In this document: positions 10,217 to 18,379 of the stretch, piece after piece | Layout: every line of letters begins with the position of its first letter | Position numbering within the stretch: position 1 is the stretch's first letter | From: Planctomycetota bacterium | Lineage (GTDB): Bacteria > Planctomycetota > SZUA-567 > H5-PLA8 | NCBI GenBank assembly: GCA_045863855.1 | Contig: BTVV01000038.1 | Span: 1-50,206 of the forward strand | Direction: 5' to 3' | DNA length: 50,206 bases | Notes under the pieces: model-generated | The model's database searches: none | Seen by the model: only the letters and a program-made list of their open reading frames with translations | What the model was told of the DNA's origin: nothing | Translations under genes and position numbers: made by a program

Positions 10217-10332
10217 GTTGGGCTCCGATCCCCTGCCAGGGGAGCACCTGTGCCGCGGCTGCGGACGGATATGCTCACCTCTACGGGCAAACCGAACGGC
10301 GTCAACCCAAAACAGGATGCAATTGTTAGAGT

Positions 10333-12477
10333 TTAGGGCTTAGGCGATTCGCCATGGTCGTCCGGCAGGTCGTTAAAGACTTCGCGGTCCAGTTCCGCGG
10401 GACCGCTGGCCGGAGAGCGCAACGCTTCGGCCTCCGGTTCTGCTTCACCGAACAGGGAAGGGGTGGCTTCGTTCTTGGAGAATTGCGCATCTTCGAAAAT
10501 GCGGCTGCCAGCCTGCTCTTTCTCGTCGGAGTCCTGGGCTTCCGTCAATTTGCGCCGATAGGCGGTGATCAAATCCTGGCGCGTGAGCATCGCCAGCACG
10601 CGCCGTTCGCCCACAGCACCGCGAGGCGCGCGGATGGCGCTCGCGAATTTGGAAACCTTACGCGGGCTGCCTTGGACCATCTCCACCACCGGAAGCACGT
10701 TGATGTTGAACTGCGTGAACAGGCCCAGCGCGTCGCTGAGGTTTGTCTCCATGGTGACGGTCTGTACCTTGGTAGTGCCCAGATCGCCGGCCACCACCAG
10801 ATTGCCGACTTCCTGCTCGTTCATGATCTGGCGAATGTCGGAGAGCGAAAAGATCCCCACCAGGCAATGGTTCTCGTCCACGATGGGGAACGTAGTTGCC
10901 ATACAGTGCTTGATGCGTTCCAGCACTTTGTCGAAGGGGAGATCGGCGGGAATCAATTCCAGCGCCGAACGCTGCGGCAGCGCGTCGCGCACGCGCAGAT
11001 CTTCCAGCACGTTGATCAGGAAATCGCCCCGGTGCGCCGGCGAGTGCGCCATGTCCTTCACTTGGCTTTCGTTCATGGTAAAGCTGGTGGTGAGCACATA
11101 GGTGCTGGCGCACGTCAGCATCAACGGAACGGCCAGGCCGTAAGATCCGGTTAGCTCCGAGACCATGACCAGACTCGCGATGGGGGTTTTGGTGCAGCCA
11201 CAAAACAGGCCGCCCATCGCCACCATGATCATACTGGCGCCGGCCTCTGGCGTCGGCATCAGCCACTGCGGCAGCGGCAAGGACTGCATCGCCTTGGCAT
11301 ATGCTGCGCCGCTGATTGCGCCCACCAGCAGCGTCGGGAAGAGCAAGCCGCCCGAACCGCCCGCGCCAAGCGTGATGCCCGTGGCTAAGATTTTAAACAC
11401 CAGCGCTAGACCCAGGACAGTTAGAGTTAATTCGCGCCCGTGAAACAGGCTCTCGAACGCCGCGGCATCGGCGCCTGAGGCGCCGCCCAACTGGTCGGCG
11501 ACCATGTAGCGTAGGAACGGCTCGCCGTCGGCCATGATCATGACCGGAGTAATTTGAAGCAGAAGCAAAGCGAAGGCCGCGAAGCCGCCCAACGCCATCC
11601 CGCCCACGCCGGCTTTGGCCAGCGACGGTAAAGGTACTTTTCCGAAGATTGTGTGCTCAATGAATGAAACGCTTTTCACGAATACGAAGGCGACCAACGC
11701 GCACAAGAGCGAGATCAGCGCGTAGTGCAGAAACTCGCCAAACATGTTGCCGCCCACGCTGGGGTATTTTAACGCGATGGGAATGTGAAAGACCGGCTCA
11801 TGTCCGCGAATGCCGGTGAAGACCGAGAAGGCCGTGACTGAACTGATGACACTCGGGATCACGACATCGTGCTCGAAGTCCGGCTCTCGGTAAAGCATCT
11901 CCGCCGCGAAGAGCGCGCCGCCCAGCGGTGCGCGTAAAACCGCGCCCAAGCCGCCGGCGCAACCCGCGAGCATTAAAATGCGGCGATCGCGAACCGATAA
12001 GCCCAGTGCCGACCCGAGGTACGAGCCAAATCCCGCGCCGATTTGAAGAATCGGCCCTTCCTTACCGGCACTTCCGCCGCTGCCGATGGTCAGGATCGTG
12101 CAGATGCCTTTGATAAACGGAACGCGCGGACGGATTTGGCCCTGCTTGCGGTGAAATGCGTCGATCACCGCGTCGGTGCCGTGCCCTCGCGCTTCGGGGG
12201 CGTAGCGCAGTGCGATGCCCGTCGCCAGCAACAAGCCCAGCGCGGGAATGCCGACCATTAACAATAAGCTGAGGAAAGAGCCGGGTTGGATGCGGAAGAG
12301 TCCGCTTTCGTAGTCACGCAGCAGCCAATCCTTGAGGCCCTGCAGACCCATATCGAAGACCACGCCTCCCAAGCCGGTCATAATACCTACAAGTACGCAT
12401 AAAAGTAGAAGGCGCAGCCAGGACTCAAGGTGGAAAAACTTGACGAGCCCATCGAAGAATGACTTGAGTCGAATCAT
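10333..12477 (-). CDS. ClC-family chloride channel/antiporter with two CBS domains
   Basis: GGSAGKEGP, LRAPLGGALF and GGSGGLLFP motifs, followed by CBS repeats (FPIVDENHCLVGIFS, LPVV). Start placed at MIRLKS. Confidence 0.9.
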   Translation of the reverse strand: MIRLKSFFDGLVKFFHLESWLRLLLLCVLVGIMTGLGGVVFDMGLQGLKDWLLRDYESGLFRIQPGSFLSLLLMVGIPALGLLLATGIALRYAPEARGHGTDAVIDAFHRKQGQIRPRVPFIKGICTILTIGSGGSAGKEGPILQIGAGFGSYLGSALGLSVRDRRILMLAGCAGGLGAVLRAPLGGALFAAEMLYREPDFEHDVVIPSVISSVTAFSVFTGIRGHEPVFHIPIALKYPSVGGNMFGEFLHYALISLLCALVAFVFVKSVSFIEHTIFGKVPLPSLAKAGVGGMALGGFAAFALLLLQITPVMIMADGEPFLRYMVADQLGGASGADAAAFESLFHGRELTLTVLGLALVFKILATGITLGAGGSGGLLFPTLLVGAISGAAYAKAMQSLPLPQWLMPTPEAGASMIMVAMGGLFCGCTKTPIASLVMVSELTGSYGLAVPLMLTCASTYVLTTSFTMNESQVKDMAHSPAHRGDFLINVLEDLRVRDALPQRSALELIPADLPFDKVLERIKHCMATTFPIVDENHCLVGIFSLSDIRQIMNEQEVGNLVVAGDLGTTKVQTVTMETNLSDALGLFTQFNINVLPVVEMVQGSPRKVSKFASAIRAPRGAVGERRVLAMLTRQDLITAYRRKLTEAQDSDEKEQAGSRIFEDAQFSKNEATPSLFGEAEPEAEALRSPASGPAELDREVFNDLPDDHGESPKP

Positions 12478-12721
12478 GCGCGTACCGAGGTTGAACGGTG
12501 AAGGCGTTCGAACTCCTGTCCCCATCCTATGTCTTGAGCATTGTGGTCAAGCGATTATAAGTTCAAACTGGATAATGGAGTAGAATGTGCGACCACGGTC
12601 CAAAAGTAGACATGTGGCCCCGAATGGGTAGAGTCCCCCGGCGATTCTGTCGATGCCGCTAATAATCCTTGGCGACCGGTCAACGTTGCACAAAAGCTTC
12701 AGGTGCTGCACCTGGAGGGTT

Positions 12722-12747
12722 TGACAAAAGTTGTCAGGAAATTTGAC
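12722..12747. promoter_or_regulatory. Overlapping palindromes, putative enhancer-binding-protein upstream activator site
   Basis: TGACAA-AAG-TTGTCA (12722-12736) overlaps GTCA-N7-TGAC (12733-12747). Lies ~120-145 bp upstream of the putative -24/-12 element. Confidence 0.4.
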
Positions 12748-12864
12748 GTTAAGCGGCAAACACGCCGGAGGTTGTCAGTGCAGGATGTACATTCCAAGCT
12801 CACGAGTCAACTTCAAAGGCATACTATAAAAGGCTTTGTGAATTTTTTGGCATTGTGGCTCATG

Positions 12865-12881
12865 TTGGATCCTTGTTTGCT
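12865..12881 (+). promoter_or_regulatory. Putative sigma-54 (-24/-12) promoter of the pilin gene
   Basis: TTGGATCCTTGTTTGCT = GG-N10-GC with TTTGCT at -12. Preceded by an AT-rich tract. Major pilin genes are often sigma-54 driven. Confidence 0.5.
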
Positions 12882-13122
12882 CACCATCTAATCGAGATTT
12901 GAGGTAGATCAGTCACTAACAAGTATCTAACGTTCCGGCTTGCCCAGGGTGAAGGAGGTGCGAACTCGGTAACAGTACGCCGGACAGGGCTGAGACCCCT
13001 GAAACCTAGTCCAGATGGTTGGGCTGGCAAAAGGCGGAGGTTGGTGAGGGTAAGCGGCCCCTGGGAAGCCGCTGGCGAACGATTGGAATTTTCAGGTTCG
13101 AAACACTTTAAGGAGAGAGAAG

Positions 13123-13716
13123 ATGAAAAGTCGTGGCTTTACGTTGATTGAACTGATGATCGTCGTGGCGATCATCGCGATTATCGCGGCGATCGCGATT
13201 CCGAACTTGCTCCGCAGCCGCATGGCGGCCAACGAGTCGGCGGCGATCGCGGCCTGTAAGACGTACGCCGAAGCGCAGGACATCTATCGGCGCACGGACT
13301 ACGACAGTGACGGGGTGCTGGAGTACGCCACGTCGATTCGTGGTAACAACAGCTTGTACGAAATCTCGTCCGGCACGGGCGACTTGACGCTGGTCGATGC
13401 GGCGTTTGCGCGTGCGGAAGGCGATACGCCGGGCGGCGGCGGTGCAGTTGAAGCGACCGCGCCGAAGGCCGGTTACATCTTCAGCGTGTTGACGGGTCAG
13501 GGCACTTCGGCTCCTGGCGGATCGAAGAGCTATGTCGTCAACAGCAACATGACGGTCGGTTACGGCTTGAGCGCGATTCCCAGCACGTGGGACGCCAGCG
13601 GTCGTAACAGCTTCCAGATCAACAACACCGGTACGGTGTACCAGAAGGACCAGGGCAGCACCACCAGCCACATCACGGTGTATGGCGCGGACACGACCTG
13701 GGTCGTCTCCGAGTAA
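13123..13716 (+). CDS. Type IV pilin-like protein (prepilin N-terminal cleavage/methylation motif) with DUF2950-like C-terminal domain
   Basis: MKSRG|FTLIELMIVVAIIAIIAAIAIPN class III signal with E5. GYIFSVL...GYGLSAIP..W..SGRNSFQINNTGTVYQKD. Strong AAGGAG RBS. Confidence 0.9.
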   Translation: MKSRGFTLIELMIVVAIIAIIAAIAIPNLLRSRMAANESAAIAACKTYAEAQDIYRRTDYDSDGVLEYATSIRGNNSLYEISSGTGDLTLVDAAFARAEGDTPGGGGAVEATAPKAGYIFSVLTGQGTSAPGGSKSYVVNSNMTVGYGLSAIPSTWDASGRNSFQINNTGTVYQKDQGSTTSHITVYGADTTWVVSE

Positions 13717-13738
13717 GTTTGCCAATCACGTATCGTGC

Positions 13739-13773
13739 AAAGAGGGCGGCCTCAATGGCCGCCCTCTTTTTTT
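13739..13773 (+). terminator. Intrinsic (Rho-independent) terminator after pilin 1
   Basis: AAAGAGGGCGGCC-TCAAT-GGCCGCCCTCTTT: a perfect 13-bp stem running into a T-tract. Confidence 0.9.
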
Positions 13774-13852
13774 CGCTCTTATTGTAGAAGGATAGGTTTG
13801 GAATAGCGGACAGGTGCGGGTGCCGGTTATGCGATTCGACTCCAATCATTCG

Positions 13853-14449
13853 ATGCGGCCGATCCGGTACTCGAAGCACGGAGTCCCGGCGTTTACCTTG
13901 ATCGAACTGATGATCGTGGTGGCGATCATCGCCATCATCGCGGCGATCGCGATTCCCAACCTGCTGCGCTCGCGACAGGCGGCTAACGAATCCGCGGCTA
14001 TCGCCGCCTGCAAAGAATTCAGCAGCGCGCAGGAAGTGTACCGCCGCACGGACTGGGATTCGGACGGGGTGCTGGAGTACTCGACCTCGACCTCGGGCGC
14101 CAACAGTCTGTACACGAAGGATGTGTCCGGGGACGTGGAACTGGTTGACTTGGCGTTCTCGCGCGCGCAGGGCGACCCGAGCACCACACCGCCCAAGGCC
14201 GGCTATGTCTTTTCGGTTTTGACGGGGCAGGGCACCAACGCGCCGGGCGGCTCGAAGAGCTACGTCGTCAATAGCAACATGATTGCCGGGTACGGGCTCT
14301 CGGCGATTCCGCACCTTTACGATGCCACCGGACGCAATTCATTCCAGATCAACGGCTCCGGCACCGTGTACCAACGCGATCGCGGCATGAGTCAAAACTC
14401 TCACCTGACCGTCTTCGATCCGGACACCGCTTGGGTTGTCTCCGAGTAA
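13853..14449 (+). CDS. Second type IV pilin-like paralog (DUF2950-like C-terminus)
   Basis: PA|FTLIELMIVVAIIAIIAAIAIPNLLRSR, the same C-terminal motifs as pilin 1 and an identical WVVSE end. Start uncertain (13814, 13829 or 13853). Confidence 0.85.
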   Translation: MRPIRYSKHGVPAFTLIELMIVVAIIAIIAAIAIPNLLRSRQAANESAAIAACKEFSSAQEVYRRTDWDSDGVLEYSTSTSGANSLYTKDVSGDVELVDLAFSRAQGDPSTTPPKAGYVFSVLTGQGTNAPGGSKSYVVNSNMIAGYGLSAIPHLYDATGRNSFQINGSGTVYQRDRGMSQNSHLTVFDPDTAWVVSE

Positions 14450-14477
14450 CCGCCTCTCCCCAGCATGCTCGATTCGC

Positions 14478-15536
14478 TTAAGCCGACGGCGCCCGCTCGC
14501 GCCGCAATTGCCCGCATGCCGCGGCGACGCTCTTGCCTTTGCTGAACCGGATCGTCGTCGGTATCTGCGCCGCGTCGAGCACGGCCTTGAAGGCGTCCTG
14601 CGCCTCCCGGCTGGGCCGTTCGTAGGGCGTTTCGGCCACTGGATTGAACGGGATCAGGTTCGCTTTGCAGGGCAGATCCTGGAGCAGCCCCGCCAACTCG
14701 CGCGCCTGCGCCACGCTGTCGTTGATGCCCGCCAGCAGCACGTACTCGAAGGTGACCATGCGGCGCGCCTTGCGGCAGAATTCGCGCACCGCCGGCATCA
14801 CTTCGCGAATCGGGTAGCGCCGCGAGGCCGGGATCAGCCGCGCGCGCGTCTCTTCATCGGGCGCATGCAGCGAGACGGCCAGTTCGAGCTGTAATTGCTC
14901 GCCGGCCAGTTTCAGGATGCCCGGTACGATGCCCACCGTCGAGATCGTGATCCGCCGCGCGCCGATGCCGCAGCCTTTGGGCGGCGGTGCGTTGAGCGTG
15001 CGGATCGCCTGCATGACTTCGTCGTAGTTGTGCAGCGGTTCGCCCATGCCCATGAAGACGACGTGCGAACTGTGTTCGCCCGAGTGCCCCCACATTTGCA
15101 GGTACTGTTCGACAATCTCGTGCGCCGCCAGGCTCCGCTCGAAGCCGCCCAGCCCCGTCGCGCAGAAGACGCAGCCCATCGCGCAGCCCACCTGGCTGGA
15201 CAGGCAACTCGTCAGCCGCCCCGGCACGCGGATCTGCACCGACTCGATCAGCGCGCCGTCGCGGGCCTTCCAGAGCCACTTCGCGGCGTCGTCGCCCTCC
15301 TGCCTGCCGGCCGCCTCCAGTTCGTACAGCGGCATCCGTTCCGCGAGTTGCTTGCGCAGCGTCTTGGAGAGGTTGGTTACGCCGTCGTAGCCCGCCACGC
15401 CCTTGCGGTAGAGGAACTCCCGCAACTGCGTGACGCGAAAGGCCGGCTCGCGCAGCGCCGCGAAGACCTCGACCATCTCCGCTTCGGAGCAAGCCGTCGC
15501 GGCTTTAGGAACGGGCGGGGCGGGGGAAGCCGTCAT
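14478..15536 (-). CDS. rlmN: 23S rRNA m2A2503 methyltransferase RlmN (radical SAM)
   Basis: CLSSQVGCAMGCVFCATG, VVFMGMGEPLHN, ITISTVG, LAVSLHA and AACGQL motifs. Confidence 0.93.
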   Translation of the reverse strand: MTASPAPPVPKAATACSEAEMVEVFAALREPAFRVTQLREFLYRKGVAGYDGVTNLSKTLRKQLAERMPLYELEAAGRQEGDDAAKWLWKARDGALIESVQIRVPGRLTSCLSSQVGCAMGCVFCATGLGGFERSLAAHEIVEQYLQMWGHSGEHSSHVVFMGMGEPLHNYDEVMQAIRTLNAPPPKGCGIGARRITISTVGIVPGILKLAGEQLQLELAVSLHAPDEETRARLIPASRRYPIREVMPAVREFCRKARRMVTFEYVLLAGINDSVAQARELAGLLQDLPCKANLIPFNPVAETPYERPSREAQDAFKAVLDAAQIPTTIRFSKGKSVAAACGQLRRERAPSA

Positions 15537-15610
15537 GTCTGCAAGCACCTGAACCGAGCGCCCGCGGGATGCGAGCGCCGACGCATCGTACCACGAAGGA
15601 CGCCCCGCGC

Positions 15611-17479
15611 TCAAAGACCGGAGTCGATTTGCTTCAGGATCGCCCGGGCGAACGGGCCCAGTTCGGGATGCACCGCCAGCCGTTCGGCCTCGGTTCGGGC
15701 GCGGTCCGCGCGCTTCAAATCCACCCACGCCTGGAGCCGGTTACGCAGCAGTTCGGGCAGGTCCGGCGCGAGCGCCAAGCCCGACTCGGTGAAGGACAGC
15801 CCCTCTTCGGTCGCGCCGCGGCGAAACGCATCGGCGGCCAGGAGCCGCAGGGCCGTGAGTTTCGCGCCGCGCTCGGCGGGTCGCTCGTCGCGGCCGTTCC
15901 AGACGGCTGCCGCCGCCGCTCGCGCGGCGGGCCAATCGTCCAGGCCGGCGCAAAGATGCGCGTACTCGGCTTGGAGCGCCAGCGGATAGATCATCCGGTC
16001 GAAGTCCGCGCAACGCAGCGCGCGCTCGAAGCGCTCGCGCGCTTCCAGGCGCATCGCGCTCGCGCGATCCGGATCCTTTTCGTCCGCCGCGCCGTGAAAC
16101 AAGAGATGCGCGAGATACGCGTGTCCGTAGGCCGAAGCCTGCGCGCGGTCCGCTCCGTCGCGCACCAGCGTTTGGGTATCCCGCCAGACTATCGAGCGCC
16201 CTGCGGTCAGGCCCACGCAGCCCGCCAGGAGCGTCAAGCCGAGCGCCGCACTGATGCGCGGCCGGCCAACCGCAAGCAAACTCAGCCCTTCCGCCAGCCA
16301 AAGCGCAAAGGCCGGCAGCGCCAGATAGGTGTAACGGTCTTGCAGTACGAACGAAAGCTGCGCGAACGGGCCGATCATCGGTGCGACGCCCGCGGCCATC
16401 CAGAGCGCGTACAGCGCCACCCGCGGTTTCGGAATCCCCAATCGGATGCTCAGCCACGCGGTGGCGCCAAGAGCTACGCAGCCGGCAGCGAGATCCCGTC
16501 CCGCGCCGGCATCCAGCCCGGCCGCGGGCACTTCGTAGTAGACGCTTAAGCCGATCGGTCCCACCAGCAAGCCCAAGTGCCGGACGAAAAGGTAGGCGCT
16601 CATGAGCCATGGGCCGAACACGCCTTTGCCCAGCGGCGGGAGCAGCAAGTCCGCGTGCGATTTTCGAATCACGAAGAAGGTCCAGAGCAGAGCCGGGAGC
16701 AGCGCGGCCGCGCGCGCCAGTTGCTTGCGCCGGCCGGCTTCGGCGTACACGAGCAGATCCCACGCCACGAGCACGGCCCACCACGCCACCGCGACGCCTT
16801 TGGTTCCCTGCGCGAGCAAGAGGATCGCCGAAGCTGCGGCCACGCGCGCCCAGCCGGGGCCGCGGTGGGCGTCGCCGCCGCTGTAGACCACCAGCGCCGC
16901 AAGGCCCAACAGAATCGCCTGCTGCGTCGTACGCGCGCCGATCCAGCAGACGCTCTCGCAGACGGTGGGATGCCAGAGAAAGACCAACGCCGCGAGGAGC
17001 CCCGGCCATGCGCGCCCGGTCAGCCGCCGCCCAAGCACAGCGACGCACCATCCGGCCAGTCCGTGCTGCACGCCTTGGCTGAGGCGGAAGGCCCACGGCG
17101 CGAAGTGTTCCGCGCCCGGCGGCCCGGCCGAAGCCTGCCCGAAGAGCGCGTGCTCCAGCGCCAGCGACGCCAGCGAGACCGGCGCCCAATGCGCGGTTTG
17201 GAAGCCAGCGCCCGTCGCCGGGCGGAACGGAAACGCGAGCAACTCGCCGAAGTGGCCCCAGCCGTGGACCAGGAGCGGATTCTGCACCGTCCAGTAGACG
17301 TCGTCGTACGCCAGCAAGAGCGGCGCGTTCAGGCAGCCGAGGACCGGTAGGAGTCCGGCGATGAGGAAGAAGCACGCGCCGCCTCCGGGATGCGCGGCCA
17401 ACCACGCGGCGGCGGCTTCGAAGCCGTAGGCCGGCCGGAGGGAACTTGCGGCCGGATCGCGCGCGCGGTCGGGGTTCAT
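15611..17479 (-). CDS. TMTC-like multi-pass membrane glycosyltransferase (GT-C fold) with C-terminal TPR-like repeats
   Basis: First-loop YDD...NP motif, HP...ESVCWIGAR, DRYTYL, WRDTQTL, then helical repeats. Confidence 0.7.
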   Translation of the reverse strand: MNPDRARDPAASSLRPAYGFEAAAAWLAAHPGGGACFFLIAGLLPVLGCLNAPLLLAYDDVYWTVQNPLLVHGWGHFGELLAFPFRPATGAGFQTAHWAPVSLASLALEHALFGQASAGPPGAEHFAPWAFRLSQGVQHGLAGWCVAVLGRRLTGRAWPGLLAALVFLWHPTVCESVCWIGARTTQQAILLGLAALVVYSGGDAHRGPGWARVAAASAILLLAQGTKGVAVAWWAVLVAWDLLVYAEAGRRKQLARAAALLPALLWTFFVIRKSHADLLLPPLGKGVFGPWLMSAYLFVRHLGLLVGPIGLSVYYEVPAAGLDAGAGRDLAAGCVALGATAWLSIRLGIPKPRVALYALWMAAGVAPMIGPFAQLSFVLQDRYTYLALPAFALWLAEGLSLLAVGRPRISAALGLTLLAGCVGLTAGRSIVWRDTQTLVRDGADRAQASAYGHAYLAHLLFHGAADEKDPDRASAMRLEARERFERALRCADFDRMIYPLALQAEYAHLCAGLDDWPAARAAAAAVWNGRDERPAERGAKLTALRLLAADAFRRGATEEGLSFTESGLALAPDLPELLRNRLQAWVDLKRADRARTEAERLAVHPELGPFARAILKQIDSGL

Positions 17480-17800
17480 CGCGCTTCATCATCCACGAAG
17501 TTTGAAATCGGGGAAGGCCGGAAGGAGTTACGTTGAAGTGCCGATCAAACGAAGAAGCGGGTGGATATCACAGCGGCTGGGCGGGGGCCGCAGAGGCCAT
17601 AACAAAAACGCAAATGTTCCACGTGGAACATTCACGATGCGAAGCGAGGTGCTCTTGTGCGGAGAGAATCGGGACGAGGAATAAGGACTTATGAGCGCGA
17701 AAACGCGGTCTATACCACCTCGCGCATGTCGTGCAAAAAGTCGATCAAGCTATAAAACTGCTATAAATCGATACTGCAATGCGTATATTTACACGCAGGT
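17480..17800. other. Candidate chromosomal replication origin region
   Basis: Non-coding gap with parS, an AT-rich patch carrying GCTATAAA twice, and only degenerate DnaA-box-like 9-mers. + strand GC skew switches here from C-rich to G-rich (hand-sampled). Confidence 0.45.
17613..17632. promoter_or_regulatory. parS site (ParB/Spo0J-binding centromere-like sequence)
   Basis: TGTTCCACGTGGAACA (17615-17630) matches the bacterial parS consensus and lies inside a 20-bp perfect palindrome, AATGTTCCACGTGGAACATT. Confidence 0.85.
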
Positions 17801-18076
17801 GCTTAGCGCCTGGGCGGCTATGCCCGAAGGGCTGAACGGGTGCAGGCGGTTTGGAGGCCCAAAAAGCGCGGCCTTCCGTGGCCTTCGGCGTTCGGCGGCG
17901 CGTGGCGGTTTCGCGTGTGCGTAAGTGAGTGGGGTTGTTTTAGGTTTTCCTATTTCGGCGCGCGGTCGGATGCCTACCGTACGTGCGAGTCGGTTGGTAG
18001 ATGGTGGCGGAGAGCGGAAGGATTAGCGCGTCGGGGTTGCTTGATCGTTGGCGTTGGGTCTTGGTCGTTGCCTTAA

Positions 18077-18157
18077 GGCCCGGCGGGCCGATAGCGTTTA
18101 GCCTTGGGCGTAAGCCCGGGGTGGAAGCGGGGTGTGGGTGTAGAGCCCCGAAGGGGC
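18077..18157 (+). repeat. REP-like palindromic unit
   Basis: Hairpins GGCCC-GGC-GGGCC, CCTTGGGC-GTAA-GCCCGGGG and GCCCC-GAA-GGGGC. Confidence 0.6.
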
Positions 18158-18223
18158 GGCAGAAGGTTCGCGAGGCGGCGGTGGACGAATGGGTGGAGGC
18201 TTGAGCGTGTGCGGTCGGCAAGG

Positions 18224-18261
18224 CACGGAGCAGCGCCCACGGCGCTTGCTCCGTGGCACCC
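18224..18261. repeat. Second REP-like hairpin
   Basis: CACGGAGCAGCGC-CCACG-GCGCTTGCTCCGTG followed by GCACCC. Confidence 0.5.
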
Positions 18262-18379
18262 ATTCCAGGCCACCCGCCGTTGCCTATTTTGCTCCCGTGC
18301 GCCGCGCGGCGTGGTTGCGTACCATGCGGCATTCGAGGCGCGGGGTGATCTGCGGAGCGCGTTGTTAACGGCTAGTACA

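Noticed and set aside
12940..13100. c-di-GMP-I/II or other known riboswitch in the pilin leader
   Set aside because: I could not find the conserved cores in the right arrangement by eye. Kept only as an unknown structured leader.
13123..14449. Pilin pair as a DGR template/variable repeat or a silent truncated cassette
   Set aside because: Differences are largely synonymous and not adenine-specific, both copies are full-length, and there is no reverse transcriptase in the window.
15741..17492. 583-aa alternative-frame ORF, and similar long ORFs at 36331-37929, 44148-45920 and 48154-49797
   Set aside because: These are low-complexity translations overlapping well-supported genes, as expected in GC-rich DNA.
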